Positions 35,456 to 45,846 of a stretch of DNA of 64,000 bases are shown one piece after another. Origin of the DNA: an uncultured virus (IMG/VR IMGVR_UViG_3300005617_000382) (Duplodnaviria; Heunggongvirae; Uroviricota; Caudoviricetes); IMG/VR virus record IMGVR_UViG_3300005617_000382; one strand, written 5' to 3'. A program made the position numbers and the translations under genes. The notes below the pieces were generated by a model. The model did no database searches and was not told the origin of the DNA. It worked only from the letters and a program-made list of their open reading frames with translations. Position 1 is the stretch's first letter, and every line of letters starts with the position of its first letter.

Positions 35456-36976
35456 TTGGCTTACGAACTCCTGCTGTAACAAACCGATTCCATTGTACAT
35501 ATAGGATCTGGACTCGCCATCCCTGGGGTGAGCCCTGGAAATCTTCGGAAAGGCAGCGGCAAGAGCCACGCCAAACCTCGCCTTGTTCCCTGGCTTCTCG
35601 TTTCCGTTGTCCTTGCACCATGACACCCAGCGCTCGTACAGCGTGTGGACCGGCACCGTTGCCGCGATGCTCACCACGCAGCGCTCCTCCACGAACTGCC
35701 TGATCGGCGACCCCGTGGCGACCATGTCGTTGACTAGGGTCGAGCTGCTCGCTGGCTGCACGAATCGACCGCGCTCCTGAAGCATCTCCCAGCCGTCAAC
35801 GGCCCACTGCAGGATCCCTGGTAGCTCGGCGAGTAGCTTCGCCTCGAGCCCGAGGTCCTCGTTACCAAGAAAATTTCGAGTCAGGCGTAGCATCACGAAC
35901 CGGCTTACCAGCGCACCACTGCTCTCGTATAGAGCCGGAACCTCATTAGACAACAAGAGAAGACGAGTACGCAAGCGTGTAGTGAATAGCGGCTTGTTTT
36001 TTTGGTTGATAGTCACCGAGTCCTCACCAGAGATCTGGAGAAGCAGCTCCACGATCTTTGCCTGATCGGTTTGCTTCCCGATCCGGGCGTCACCGAGAAT
36101 CGCCAGCGTTTTCCCGACGAGCGGGGCTAGTCCATGGTCCGAACTGAGCGTGCTGATCATCGGATTGGTTACTGCCCGTGGTCCACCGAGAAGTGCAGTG
36201 AGCACTCTGGCGATGGTTCCCTTTCCACTACGAGGTGCGCCGATCAGCGCGAACAGCTTCTGTTGACTCGTGTCACTGGTGAGTAGATATCCGAAGATCT
36301 CACGCAGTGTCTGAATACTCTCTTTGTCGTCACCCCACAGGTCGCCCAGGAACTTGAGCCAGGCCGTGCACGGTTGGGGTTCCTTGCGCCACGCTGCACC
36401 GACGCTGGACGTCGTAAACAGACGCGGTGTGCGTGGCCGCAGCTTGCGCTCGCTGATGTCGAGCAGGCCGTTGGTGCACGCCACGAGCCGACCGATCGGC
36501 GGATCGCGGTAGTCGTTGGCAACCCACTGCGGGGCGTCACCAACGACGAGCGGGGCGACGCTGACGAGCGCGTCGCTGACGTTGCTAACCAGGGACGATT
36601 TCACAACGAGCCGGGCGATGATCGCCTCGCCTTCCTTGTTGGTGGTCTCGATGTCGACGCGGTCGAGTACGCGCCAGAGGTCGGCTCGAAACTCCTCGGC
36701 CGAAAACTCTCGGTAGGCGCCCAGATCAGCGTCGTAGCGCCACCAGCTGCCTGCCCAGCGCACGATCGCGGGCTCGTCGTGGAACCGGCACTCGTCGAGA
36801 TAGAGCTCAGCGAACCGACGTGGATCCTTCCCGTTGGCCACGATTCGCTCGGACATCAGCGCGGCCATGACAGACGGCGCCCCGGGCTCAGGTTCCGGGG
36901 CGAAGCGCTGACGACGGCGCTGTGACCTGGGTTGACGTCGGCGAGGCTCAAGATCGTCGGCTGCTTCTTCGCTCAT
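35453..36976 (-). CDS. P4/D5-family SF3 replicative helicase
   Basis: 'CTNGLLD', 'FGYLL...QQKLFALIGAPRSGKGT' (Walker A), 'ISGED.V.INQK.K', 'LSNEVP', winged-helix C-terminus. Confidence 0.88.
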   Translation of the reverse strand: MSEEAADDLEPRRRQPRSQRRRQRFAPEPEPGAPSVMAALMSERIVANGKDPRRFAELYLDECRFHDEPAIVRWAGSWWRYDADLGAYREFSAEEFRADLWRVLDRVDIETTNKEGEAIIARLVVKSSLVSNVSDALVSVAPLVVGDAPQWVANDYRDPPIGRLVACTNGLLDISERKLRPRTPRLFTTSSVGAAWRKEPQPCTAWLKFLGDLWGDDKESIQTLREIFGYLLTSDTSQQKLFALIGAPRSGKGTIARVLTALLGGPRAVTNPMISTLSSDHGLAPLVGKTLAILGDARIGKQTDQAKIVELLLQISGEDSVTINQKNKPLFTTRLRTRLLLLSNEVPALYESSGALVSRFVMLRLTRNFLGNEDLGLEAKLLAELPGILQWAVDGWEMLQERGRFVQPASSSTLVNDMVATGSPIRQFVEERCVVSIAATVPVHTLYERWVSWCKDNGNEKPGNKARFGVALAAAFPKISRAHPRDGESRSYMYNGIGLLQQEFVSQ

Positions 36977-38046
36977 CGTGGTCTCCAGCCTGCACACCAG
37001 GCGTCGTTGAGGTCTTTGGCCTTGCCGAGATCGACGATGACGAGGTCACCGCCGAGCCGGAGTCCGGCCTGTAGCGCCACGCGCGCACCGGGAATCACCG
37101 CCTGCTCGCCCTGGCGACGCTGGTCCGCGTGTGGAACCAGGAGTAACCGAGCTCGGGCGTCGCGAACCCGGCGCGCCACGAGCCCGATGATGTTCGGCAG
37201 CGGACCGACGCCGTTGGCACCCAGGACGATAGTCTCTGGCCACGCGAATAGCGCTGTCATGGTATCCGCGATTCCCTCGGTGACGACCACGTCGCGATCT
37301 TCGTCGATGTGATTAAGGGCGCCGGCCATGGTTCCGTTGCCGCAGCAGCCGGTAAGCGTTGGCGCCTTGACGCCACGAGCGCACGCGGCGACCACCTCGG
37401 GTAGTCGACGTCGAACCACACCGGAGATTCCCCGGGCGCGCAGGTCGTGAATGGCGAGGCTGGGCGCGCCGTCGCTGCTCCAGGTGTCGCGGCCGGAGAC
37501 CGCGGCGATGTCGAACCGGATCGCCGGATGTCGGCCGAGCCCGCGCCGTGCGAGGTATCGCTCTCCGGCCGGGTGAGATGCCGGCAGCTCGCCCCAGTAC
37601 GCCGAGGCCGTTGCGATCGCGCGCTGGTCGTCGGCTTCGGCCTGAGCGGTCTCTCGCTGCTCGCGCTCGGTCCGAGCCGCTCGTATCTGCTCAACGCGGC
37701 GCGCGCGCTCGTCGGGTGGTGTGATAGTCGGGACCACACCGGCGATCTCGGCAGCGCGCGCCAGGACGGCCGGCCAGTCGGATCCGCAGTCGAGTCCCTC
37801 CATCTCGGCGATGAAGGTGAAGGCGTCGCCCTTGGTCCCGCAGGTGAAGCACTGCCAGCGCTTGTTCGACTCGTTGAACCGGAACACCTGGTCGGAGTGG
37901 TCGCTGCGACTCGGGCACTCCCTGGACTGCAGCTCGTTCTTTCCGCCGCCGCGACGAAACCTGAAGCCGTAGCTGGTGAGCAGAGTAGAGACGGAGATCG
38001 CCTCGCGAACCTCGTCTCGCAGATCGGTGTTCGACGGTTCGATCAT
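36973..38046 (-). CDS. Primase: CHC2 zinc finger + TOPRIM
   Basis: 'CP...DH...WQCFTCGTKGDAFTFI' and 'VVTEGIAD...HAD...GE...KDLND'. Confidence 0.85.
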   Translation of the reverse strand: MIEPSNTDLRDEVREAISVSTLLTSYGFRFRRGGGKNELQSRECPSRSDHSDQVFRFNESNKRWQCFTCGTKGDAFTFIAEMEGLDCGSDWPAVLARAAEIAGVVPTITPPDERARRVEQIRAARTEREQRETAQAEADDQRAIATASAYWGELPASHPAGERYLARRGLGRHPAIRFDIAAVSGRDTWSSDGAPSLAIHDLRARGISGVVRRRLPEVVAACARGVKAPTLTGCCGNGTMAGALNHIDEDRDVVVTEGIADTMTALFAWPETIVLGANGVGPLPNIIGLVARRVRDARARLLLVPHADQRRQGEQAVIPGARVALQAGLRLGGDLVIVDLGKAKDLNDAWCAGWRPR

Positions 38047-38048
38047 CG

Positions 38049-38291
38049 TCAGCGTTCAGTGATTGCGGTCGCCAGTTCCCCGAGGCCTCCGAGTCCTCCG
38101 AGGCCTGATGCTATGTTGTTGCCCGCAACCTCGATGGCTTCGGCGATGCTCATGCCTGTGTCTTTGCTGTATTTTAATCCGTACAGCAGTTCATTGGTGG
38201 CGCCTGCTAGCGCAGCGAGTTGAGCCGCGACATTCAAGACGGCGTTGACCATCGGATCGTCGTGGAGTTCAGCCGGTTCCCAGTTACTCAT
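38049..38291 (-). CDS. Hypothetical protein
   Basis: Coupled ORF. Confidence 0.4.
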   Translation of the reverse strand: MSNWEPAELHDDPMVNAVLNVAAQLAALAGATNELLYGLKYSKDTGMSIAEAIEVAGNNIASGLGGLGGLGELATAITER

Positions 38292-38512
38292 TGTGTTTCT
38301 CCGTCAACGGCATGGAGCTCTCGGAGCAGCTCGCGCGCGACCGCGCGATCTGCGATGGCCGCGGCGAGGTCAGCGCGGTGTTTCTTTAGCCGATCCGAGT
38401 AGTGCGGAACCCCACCAGCGAGTAAGCGCACGAACGCCGCGCGGGCTCGGTCAACGCGCACGACGCAGTCGTGGAGCACCGACTCGAGTCGAGCGCGAAC
38501 GGGGTCGGTCAT
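38288..38512 (-). CDS. Hypothetical protein
   Basis: Coupled ORF. Confidence 0.4.
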   Translation of the reverse strand: MTDPVRARLESVLHDCVVRVDRARAAFVRLLAGGVPHYSDRLKKHRADLAAAIADRAVARELLRELHAVDGETQ

Positions 38513-38940
38513 TGATCCGCCTCCCCACGCAGCCGCCCGAGCAGCTCCACGGCATCCCGCTCGGTCCGAACCAGCGCGTAGATTCCGTTCTGCCTGACCA
38601 CCAGCGCCTCGAACGCGACCTGGTCTGGCTCCTGCGTCCCGCGCTGCGTTTTGAACTCGACGCCGACGAACCGACCGGTGCGCCACAAGCCGATGTAGTC
38701 CGCGCCGCCCGGGGTGCCGACGCCGTAGCGGATCGGCGCCTTGCGTCTCTCACCGGTCGGCCAGTGCGTGTTCAGCCCCGCGTTGTTGCGCCAGAGGACG
38801 AGTCCCGTTCCGCCGCACAGGATCTGAAGGAGCGCGGGAATCAGCTGGTCCTCGAGTACGTTCTGACCGCAGGTCGCGCAGATGCCATCGGGTTGCCATG
38901 CGCGGCGGACGCGTGTGCAGGTGCAGCCGCGAGAACTCAC
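38509..38940 (-). CDS. VRR-NUC-like PD-(D/E)XK nuclease
   Basis: 'WRNNAG...RYG...GGADYIG...GRFVGVEFKT..G.Q.PDQ..F'. Confidence 0.8.
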   Translation of the reverse strand: MSSRGCTCTRVRRAWQPDGICATCGQNVLEDQLIPALLQILCGGTGLVLWRNNAGLNTHWPTGERRKAPIRYGVGTPGGADYIGLWRTGRFVGVEFKTQRGTQEPDQVAFEALVVRQNGIYALVRTERDAVELLGRLRGEADQ

Positions 38941-40295
38941 GCTGCCGTCTCCTGCGCACGGCGGCAGTCGACGTGCTTGGCTTTCTTCGCGACCGTCGCC
39001 CAGAAGATCTCGTCGCCGCGCGCGACGGAGCGACCGCACTCGGAGCAGGTGCCATGATACTTGGACTTGATGCGGACGACGTATTCGCGGCGAACCGCAG
39101 GTTGACGATCGGCCAGCGCGACCACACCTCGGCCATCGCTGGTCGTCGTCGCTGACCACGGCCGTACCGGATAGACATCGCCGCAGTACGCGCATGCTGT
39201 CGGTCCGGTAAGCGAGATCGATCCGCACGTCTTGCACTGTCGAATCTGATCGCGAACCACCACGGACCGGATCCCGCGCCCGTCGAGCGAGTACGTTCGG
39301 TCGAGTTCCGGCGGACCGAACTCGTCGCCGAGTGCCGATCCGAGCAGGTCGACCACGGTCGAGCGCGTCTTGCCCGGGAATGGGCGCAGCGTGCGGCCGA
39401 TCGCCTGGAGATACGGACCGGGGTGGCCGAACTTCCGGGCAAGGATCGCCGCGCTGCAGGCAGGCACGTCCAGGCCTTCGACGAAGCAGGCGACGTTCAC
39501 GAGCACACGCGTCTTGCCCGCCGCGAACCGCCGCGTGGTCGCCATGCGTTCGTCGTCGGGTGTGGTCCCGGTGACGAGCTCGGCGCGGATTCCTGCGGTG
39601 CCGAACTCGGCCTCCAGCTGGCGTGCATGTTTCACGCTGGTTGCGAACACGATGGCGAGCTGGCCCGGGGTGTGCCGCTGGTATGCCTCGACGACTGGCA
39701 GCGCGAGGCGGTTGCCGTCACTGGCCGGCACGAGCACGTCGCACGGCACCAGGTGACCAGCGGAAGTCAGCTCGGCGACCGATGCCGCCACGACGATGTC
39801 GTCAAATCCAGCGCTGCGCAGCGCGCGCCCGTCACCGCGCGCCGGGGTCGCAGTCAAGCCGAGCCACCGTGCCGTGGCATATTTTGCGAGTACCTCACCG
39901 TATGTCCGCTCGGCACAGGCGCGATGGCACTCGTCGATGATCACGAGGCTGGCGTCGGGCAGCTGCGCTTGCCACCGCGGCAGCGCCAGAGTCCAGATGC
40001 TGGCAACGACCACGGGTGCATCGGCCGGTCCGTCGTCGCGGTCTGACTGGATGATGCGCACCGGCACGCCGCAGTTGCCGATCTCGCGGATCAGCTGCTC
40101 GAGGATTTCGAGACGAGGGGCGAGCACGAGGACGCGATTGCCGAGCGCCACAGTCAGCGCGCAGATTTCAGAGGCCATGCGAGACTTGCCGGATCCGGTC
40201 GGGCTGACCAGAATTGGTGCGCGTCGACCGGAGCGGTACGCAGCACGGAGCGCGGAAATCGCGGCGGACTGATATGGGCGGATAGCGGAGTTCAC
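38937..40295 (-). CDS. SF2 DEAD/DEAH-box helicase
   Basis: RPYQ, PTGSGKS, DECH, TATP, EGLDVP, QAIGRTLR; C-terminal zinc motifs. Confidence 0.9.
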   Translation of the reverse strand: MNSAIRPYQSAAISALRAAYRSGRRAPILVSPTGSGKSRMASEICALTVALGNRVLVLAPRLEILEQLIREIGNCGVPVRIIQSDRDDGPADAPVVVASIWTLALPRWQAQLPDASLVIIDECHRACAERTYGEVLAKYATARWLGLTATPARGDGRALRSAGFDDIVVAASVAELTSAGHLVPCDVLVPASDGNRLALPVVEAYQRHTPGQLAIVFATSVKHARQLEAEFGTAGIRAELVTGTTPDDERMATTRRFAAGKTRVLVNVACFVEGLDVPACSAAILARKFGHPGPYLQAIGRTLRPFPGKTRSTVVDLLGSALGDEFGPPELDRTYSLDGRGIRSVVVRDQIRQCKTCGSISLTGPTACAYCGDVYPVRPWSATTTSDGRGVVALADRQPAVRREYVVRIKSKYHGTCSECGRSVARGDEIFWATVAKKAKHVDCRRAQETAA

Positions 40296-40458
40296 CCGTG
40301 CTGCCCCTGTCTCAGCTTCGACGCTGGCCGTCGCGTCGGCTTGGCCTCAGCGCGTCGGAGGTGACACGCTACGCACTGACCTTCGAGCACAACGTTCGTC
40401 TCGCGGCTGCAGCGCTGACAGGTGACCGCTACGGAGCGATGGATCTGGAACGAGACGG

Positions 40459-40863
40459 TCACGCGGCGCCTCGTGGACGCAGCAGGGCATCCTGCGCCTT
40501 GCGCTTGGCGTCACGCGCGTTGAGTTCTTCGTTGCGCTTCGCCTGGCGTTCGGCGAGCTCAGCTCGGTCAAGCTTCAGACAGGCCGGACACAGGTCGTGG
40601 GCCGTGGTGCGCAGTCGGCCCGCGCGCTCGGGCTTCGCTGGCCGGGCTCGCTCGATCGCCCTGCCAGATGCGTCGCGGATCGTCTCGGTGGCCGGCTCGG
40701 CTGGCCGGTAATCCTGGCCCGGATCGGATCCGCGCCCCCATCCGAGCTTGGCGAACCACTTGCGATTCTCGCGGCGACCACACATCGCGGTCTGCACCGT
40801 GGCGCCGCACCGGTTGCAGGTCAGCTTGACGCCGTATTCTCGAGGAAGAACTGTTGCCGTCAT
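40459..40863 (-). CDS. Hypothetical zinc-binding protein
   Basis: CNRCG...LGW...HDLCPAC. Confidence 0.45.
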   Translation of the reverse strand: MTATVLPREYGVKLTCNRCGATVQTAMCGRRENRKWFAKLGWGRGSDPGQDYRPAEPATETIRDASGRAIERARPAKPERAGRLRTTAHDLCPACLKLDRAELAERQAKRNEELNARDAKRKAQDALLRPRGAA

Positions 40864-41402
40864 AGCTTCGTCCACAGTCTCGACGGTTGCGGCATCGGGT
40901 CTCTTGCCAGCTGACCGTAGGTCGTCGTCTCCTTGGTGGCATATCGACGCTCCACCGGTCCGCTCACCGTGTGATAGGTGAGCTGACCGATCTTGATACC
41001 GGCGTAGATCCTGACCGGCTGGACCGTGGTGATCTCCATCGTCCAGTGGTTGCAGAATCCGACGTCACCGCGGCCGGCAGTAGCGTGGATCGAGATACCG
41101 AGTCGTCCGATGCTCGAGCGGCCATCAAGGTACGGCACATGCTGATGTGTCTCGGTGTACTCGACCGTGGAGCCGAGGTAGAGGGTACCCGGCATAAGTA
41201 CGAGTCCGGTGTCCGGTATGGTGATGTCGATTGTCTTGTGCTCGCGAGCGCAGTCGATCACGACTGCTGTGTCGTACACGCGCAGCACTGGACCGAGGCG
41301 CACGTCATAACTGTTGCCCCCGAGTGATGTGATATCGAACGGGTCAATCACGATGTGCCCGTGCTTGATGTGACCAAGGATCTCGGTGTCGCTAAGAATC
41401 AC
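40860..41402 (-). CDS. dcd: dCTP deaminase
   Basis: 'ILSD..I', 'NSYDVRLG', 'GRSSIGRLG', 'GDVGF...WTMEI', 'IGQL'. Confidence 0.9.
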   Translation of the reverse strand: MILSDTEILGHIKHGHIVIDPFDITSLGGNSYDVRLGPVLRVYDTAVVIDCAREHKTIDITIPDTGLVLMPGTLYLGSTVEYTETHQHVPYLDGRSSIGRLGISIHATAGRGDVGFCNHWTMEITTVQPVRIYAGIKIGQLTYHTVSGPVERRYATKETTTYGQLARDPMPQPSRLWTKL

Positions 41403-42037
41403 GTTGGCTTCCTTCCGATAATGGAGCGAAGTTCTTCGTTGGTGGCGTGTTCGACTGCCAGGTATTTCCGCGCCCAGGAGAGCAACGCCGGAACGTCCAT
41501 TAGGCGGATGGAGTCGCGCTTCGACTTCAGCGGACAGATGGCGCACGTGAGCGCACCGGTCTCGTCGATGTAACGGGCGGTGTTACCGCACGAGCAGGTC
41601 ATGCAGCCTCGCTTCCATTCCTGATGTCCACAGTCACCGCTCGACTCGGCTCCACTGCCTCCGCCGCACCCGGAGTCCTCGCCGCGAGCTCGGTCCGGCA
41701 CGCCGGGCAGGTGTTGTGCGGCAGCCTGTCGTAGGCAGATAGGTCGACCGTCGCGACGCACACGGCGACGTAGTCGATGGCATCGCAGCACAGGGTGGTG
41801 ATGCGGCCGCCGGGATACGCTTGGCGGAGGACGTGCCATGCGTTGGGGAGGGTGAAGTGGATGAGGGTGATGGTCATGGCTTCCCCTCGTACTTAAGTCC
41901 GCCAATAGCCGCCGCCGTCAGCAGCACCCCGAACCCAGCGATACCGATCACAACGGTCCAGCTACCGACGAGCCACAGCACAGTGACCAGAGCGACCAGC
42001 AGGGAGGCGAAGAGGAGGAGCATGAGGAGGTCGAGGC

Positions 42038-42256
42038 TCACGGCCGGCTCCTCAGCGCGTAGGGATTCGGTATCTCGGAAGTGATGAGCTTGGTCAGTGC
42101 GACTGCTCCTGAATTTGCCCCGATGCTGTCGAGACGCTCAGCCGCGTACAGCAGCGCTGCGGCTCGGAGCGCACCAAACCTGTCGGGGTTGTCGCTGTTG
42201 CCGAACGCCTGTGCTGCTCGTGACAGGGCGTCCTCGGCATATTCGAGAGCGTTCAC
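42038..42256 (-). CDS. Hypothetical protein
   Basis: Coupled ORF. Confidence 0.4.
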   Translation of the reverse strand: MNALEYAEDALSRAAQAFGNSDNPDRFGALRAAALLYAAERLDSIGANSGAVALTKLITSEIPNPYALRSRP

Positions 42257-42521
42257 GGCTCCACCTCATCGCGCCACACTGCCATCCACTTCTCGCGCTC
42301 AACATCCTCGTCAGTCACCGCGAGCTGCTTGGCGGCGCACCGGCACTGCGAGCGGTCGCCGACGCAGCAGTCGGGGTCGGCTGAGGCGGTGCACCATGAA
42401 TAGTGCATGCCTTGACGTCCAAGACATCGACTGCATACGTCGCGCGCCTCGACGATCCGCTTCGCTTCATCCCATGCCGCGGCGAGCTCGGGATCCTCAG
42501 GCCTCGGCACTCTGACTGTCT

Positions 42522-43097
42522 TCACGCTGCCCTCCTTCTCAGACTCCACGCATTCGCTTCTCGCGGGACTGCGTAGTGCTTCGCTCGGTAGCTCCTCGCC
42601 GCGTTGCACCCGTCGCACAGACGGTGCCCATCGCGTGGCCGCACCACTGCGCACTCCGTGCAGACACCCGCGGCGTAGCGGTCGGCTCGCAGCGCCACGT
42701 TGAACGCCTGGCTTTGCTCGAGCTCGCACCACACGCAGTACTGCTCTTTCCATGGAGCCGGATCGATGTTCGGCTCGCGGCAATCCCAGCACAGCCCATC
42801 ACGACGCAGCTCGATCAGCTCGCGGACCACAGCGTCATCCGGGTACTCGATACCGGTACCGCGCAGGTAGCCGACGTCCTCGATGCCGGTGTAGTTGTGG
42901 TGGTTCGGGGCGAGCCTGACCGCAATACCTCGCTGCGTCAGCCACGCGAGTTGCCGCCACAGCCGACGCTCGTCGATCGTGCCGATGTCGTCGAGGATGA
43001 CACGAAATAGCTGCGGCGCTGACTTCGGCGTGCGCGAGGACAGGGCATCGCGGAGTGCGTCACGGATTGCCCACGTCTCGGAGTTGTGGGCGCTCAC
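42522..43097 (-). CDS. Hypothetical wHTH + Cys-rich protein
   Basis: Four CxxC motifs in the C-terminal half. Confidence 0.45.
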   Translation of the reverse strand: MSAHNSETWAIRDALRDALSSRTPKSAPQLFRVILDDIGTIDERRLWRQLAWLTQRGIAVRLAPNHHNYTGIEDVGYLRGTGIEYPDDAVVRELIELRRDGLCWDCREPNIDPAPWKEQYCVWCELEQSQAFNVALRADRYAAGVCTECAVVRPRDGHRLCDGCNAARSYRAKHYAVPREANAWSLRRRAA

Positions 43098-43287
43098 GGA
43101 AGCTCACCTCTGAGGTCGTCGCGCGAATCAACGGCGCCACCTGCGATGACGCGCATACCACGCGGTCCGCCGTCCGGTGTCCGTGCACGCCAGTCGTTGC
43201 GCTCGGCATCGGTGCCAACGCGCGAGAACCAGACCTCGGTGGGCCAGAAGCGCGCGAGAATGGTGTAGTCGACGGTGTCGAGGTCAG

Positions 43288-43893
43288 TCACGCTACCACC
43301 TCCGTTCCGAACGGACGCACGAACTCGACGATTCGGAACAGCTCATCCCAGCTGTTCGTCGACCACCCGTTCCATCGGTCACGGCGGTTGTGCGGCGTCT
43401 GCCACTGCACCGCGGTTCCGGTCGGGTGGTGCTCGAGCCACTTCGCTAGCGTCTCGGTGCGATCGTCGACGAACACGTCACCAACGCAGATGTGCTTAGC
43501 AGCGGTGAAGACGATGTCGTGATGGCCGATGTCGAAGTGGCGTTTGAGCCAAGCCTTGCGGTCGAACTCCCACGTCTCGTTGCTATCCCAGCTCGACGTA
43601 ACCACGTAGATCTCGGCGATCTCGCGAATGCGACGCACGCCATCTACGGCCCCGGGATACACGTTCAAGTTGGCAGCGAGCCGCGGCGTTCTACCGATGC
43701 TTCGCTTCACCGCGGAAGCCTGATCCGGTGTCAGCTTCAGCGCTGCGGCGAAGCTGAATTCGGTGACGTCGTCGACGGTGTAAGACGTTTCCAGAATCGA
43801 GTTAATGAGCGGCATGACGCCACCCATGAAATCAGAGAGAACGCCGTCGCAGTCCAGTAGCACGCGTGCGGTCACAGGAAATCTCCTCATCAA
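43288..43893 (-). CDS. 5'(3')-deoxyribonucleotidase (HAD, NT5C-like)
   Basis: 'LLDCDGVLSDF', 'YVVTS', 'KAWLKRHF', 'K...GDVFVDD', 'PHNR'. Confidence 0.85.
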   Translation of the reverse strand: MMRRFPVTARVLLDCDGVLSDFMGGVMPLINSILETSYTVDDVTEFSFAAALKLTPDQASAVKRSIGRTPRLAANLNVYPGAVDGVRRIREIAEIYVVTSSWDSNETWEFDRKAWLKRHFDIGHHDIVFTAAKHICVGDVFVDDRTETLAKWLEHHPTGTAVQWQTPHNRRDRWNGWSTNSWDELFRIVEFVRPFGTEVVA

Positions 43894-44154
43894 AGAATCG
43901 TTACCCGCCGCCCTCGGTCGCAGTCGCAGGTCAGAGTCGTCGACGCTGGATCTCCATCGCCGTCGCCCGTCCCGCGTCGAGCACTTCGATCACCTCGGAG
44001 TCGGTCACCGGCCGGTTGCCGTCGTCGCGGACCCACAGGCAATCGCCGTAGAGCGCTACGGTGTAGACGCGAGCGCGGCGCCACCACGAACGATCGGTGA
44101 CGGTGGCGATCTGGAGCGAGGCGTCCTGGAAGGCGACGGAGATGGAGCGACGGT

Positions 44155-44922
44155 TCAACATCTCGCCACTCCGGATTCGCGGGAGTGTCCACCGACGAGG
44201 ACACTGTTCGAGTGTTCGGATTGTGCGTGGGGTATTTGGTAGTTATCGCTGGCTCCGTGAAACTCTTGCTCCTCGTCGCTGCCGGCTCTGCTGTCCTCTA
44301 CGCGCTCGCACGCGTCATCTGGCAGGGTGGCGACGCTGAGCTCGGCGCGGGGCTCGCGGTTCTGACAGCTGCGGTCTGCACCGGGAGCGCTGGTGTTATC
44401 GAGGCGATCGACAGGGCGAGACCGAAGGTCGTGAGCAGCGACAACGGGGCGAGGAAGGATGGCGGGGGGTCGTGAATACTTCGGTCTTTTTTTGCCGGTG
44501 TTCCCGTGAGGTGGGCTCTTGTCGCGCACGATTGCGCGCCACGTTCTGTCGGCCGCGTCTTCGTCGTTTGGGCCAGGTAGACCGAGGTCGGCGAGTAGCC
44601 GACAGTCGTTCCCTCGGTGGGCCGGCGCCCGTCGGTTGTACTCAGGACGGAACGCTCGAATCAGCGCTCCTTCGTAGGATTCCATGACGTCCGGATGGAG
44701 TTCGATGTGAAGCGCGCGGTCGAATACCTTAGGTTCCCTGTCGAAGCTGTAACTGTCGATGGCTCCGCATTCGTGCTGGAAAATTCTCAGGTCAACATCG
44801 TTGGAGGAGCCGATGTAGACGACGGAACCATTGAGGATGAGCAGGTACACGCCGGACCTAGCGGCGGTTTTGCTGAGTTCAACTTCTCTCGCGCGCTGTG
44901 CGATGAACTCGAGGGCGTTCAT
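44155..44922 (-). CDS. GIY-YIG domain protein
   Basis: 'SGVYLL...VVYIGSS..V..RI..H...E..LIR.FRPEYN'. Confidence 0.7.
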   Translation of the reverse strand: MNALEFIAQRAREVELSKTAARSGVYLLILNGSVVYIGSSNDVDLRIFQHECGAIDSYSFDREPKVFDRALHIELHPDVMESYEGALIRAFRPEYNRRAPAHRGNDCRLLADLGLPGPNDEDAADRTWRAIVRDKSPPHGNTGKKRPKYSRPPAILPRPVVAAHDLRSRPVDRLDNTSAPGADRSCQNREPRAELSVATLPDDACERVEDSRAGSDEEQEFHGASDNYQIPHAQSEHSNSVLVGGHSRESGVARC

Positions 44923-45152
44923 GCGGCCCATCCGTTCAGCTCGGCAACCGACACACCGAGCTGCCTAGCGAGGTCGGACTGGATCCCAGGTGACGGGATC
45001 CGTGTGCCCTTACGCCAGTGGTAGATGGTGCTGCGGTTCGCGCCAAGCCGCTCCGAGAGCACCTCTACGTCGAGATCGACCGCATCCATTAGGGCGCAGA
45101 TACGTTGCCCCCACGCAGTTTTGTCGCGCTTGGGGCGACGCCGTTTTGTCAT
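44919..45152 (-). CDS. Cro-like HTH regulator
   Basis: 'LSERLGANRSTIYHWRKGTRIPS...LARQLGVSVAEL' (HTH_3-type). Confidence 0.8.
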   Translation of the reverse strand: MTKRRRPKRDKTAWGQRICALMDAVDLDVEVLSERLGANRSTIYHWRKGTRIPSPGIQSDLARQLGVSVAELNGWAA

Positions 45153-45159
45153 CCTATAC

Positions 45160-45176
45160 GTCTACGTCTTGTAGAC
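45160..45176. promoter_or_regulatory. Operator O1 (GTCTAC-N5-GTAGAC)
   Basis: Palindrome between cro and repressor, overlapping a putative minus-strand promoter (TTGACG 45187-45182). Confidence 0.7.
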
Positions 45177-45238
45177 GCCGCCGTCAATCACCGTCTACGA
45201 GAAGTCTCTAACTATGCGTGTTAGCAAGGTGAACCCAG

Positions 45239-45607
45239 ATGGCCAGCCCACGACATCACAAGCCGTATCCTCGTGGCGACCGCAACCAGATGACACCGGA
45301 GTGGAAGGATAAGGTACGCGCTGCGTTGAAAACGCGCGGAGTGAGCGAGCAGTGGCTGGCGGATCAGATCGCCAAGCGACGCGGTCGCGTCATGAAGCGC
45401 GACACCGTTAACAAGTTGTTGCGCAAGCAGCAGTCCAGCGCGCTTGTGCCTGACATTTGCGCAATCCTTGGCCTCCCACCACCGATGGTCTCCACTCCCG
45501 ATGAGGACAGCGGGCGAGCGCTGGAGCGCATCATGGCCGCATCACCAGAAAAACGTGCCGCGATCCTGCTCCTGTTGGAAGACAACAAAGACGATTCCAG
45601 CCGGTAA
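45239..45607 (+). CDS. Repressor-like HTH protein
   Basis: Divergent from cro; 'VRAALKTRGVSEQWLADQI...RDTVNKLL...SS.LVPDIC.ILG'. Confidence 0.65.
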   Translation: MASPRHHKPYPRGDRNQMTPEWKDKVRAALKTRGVSEQWLADQIAKRRGRVMKRDTVNKLLRKQQSSALVPDICAILGLPPPMVSTPDEDSGRALERIMAASPEKRAAILLLLEDNKDDSSR

Positions 45608-45786
45608 TAGTTTCTGGTATTAGCTGTCAGATGGGACGTCGAGGCCGTGTCAAGCAGCGTGTGCAGTCCACTCGGGACAACGATCGCTTACGCTGCTTGC
45701 TGCTGCGCCTGATCCGAGATGACCGTCCGGCCTTCGATGCTCTGGACCGCCTGGTCAGCCGAGCAGTTCCTAGGCCTTGCGCGAAA

Positions 45787-45803
45787 GTCTACAACTCGTA
45801 GAC
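45787..45803. promoter_or_regulatory. Operator O2 (GTCTAC-N5-GTAGAC)
   Basis: Same palindrome as O1, upstream of the early operon. Confidence 0.7.
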
Positions 45804-45827
45804 GATTCCCCTTGCGTTCGAGAAGCT

Positions 45828-45844
45828 GTCTACGCATAGTAGAC
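45828..45844. promoter_or_regulatory. Operator O3 overlapping the early-operon promoter
   Basis: GTCTAC-GCATA-GTAGAC overlaps TTGCGT-N17-CATAGT-N6-ATG(45847). Confidence 0.7.
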
Positions 45845-45846
45845 GC

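Noticed and set aside
36897..44452. Extra TCGCCCC matches (about 36897, 40117, 44446)
   Set aside because: They lie inside genes, and no convincing spaced hexamer plus nearby start codon was found; likely chance in GC-rich DNA.
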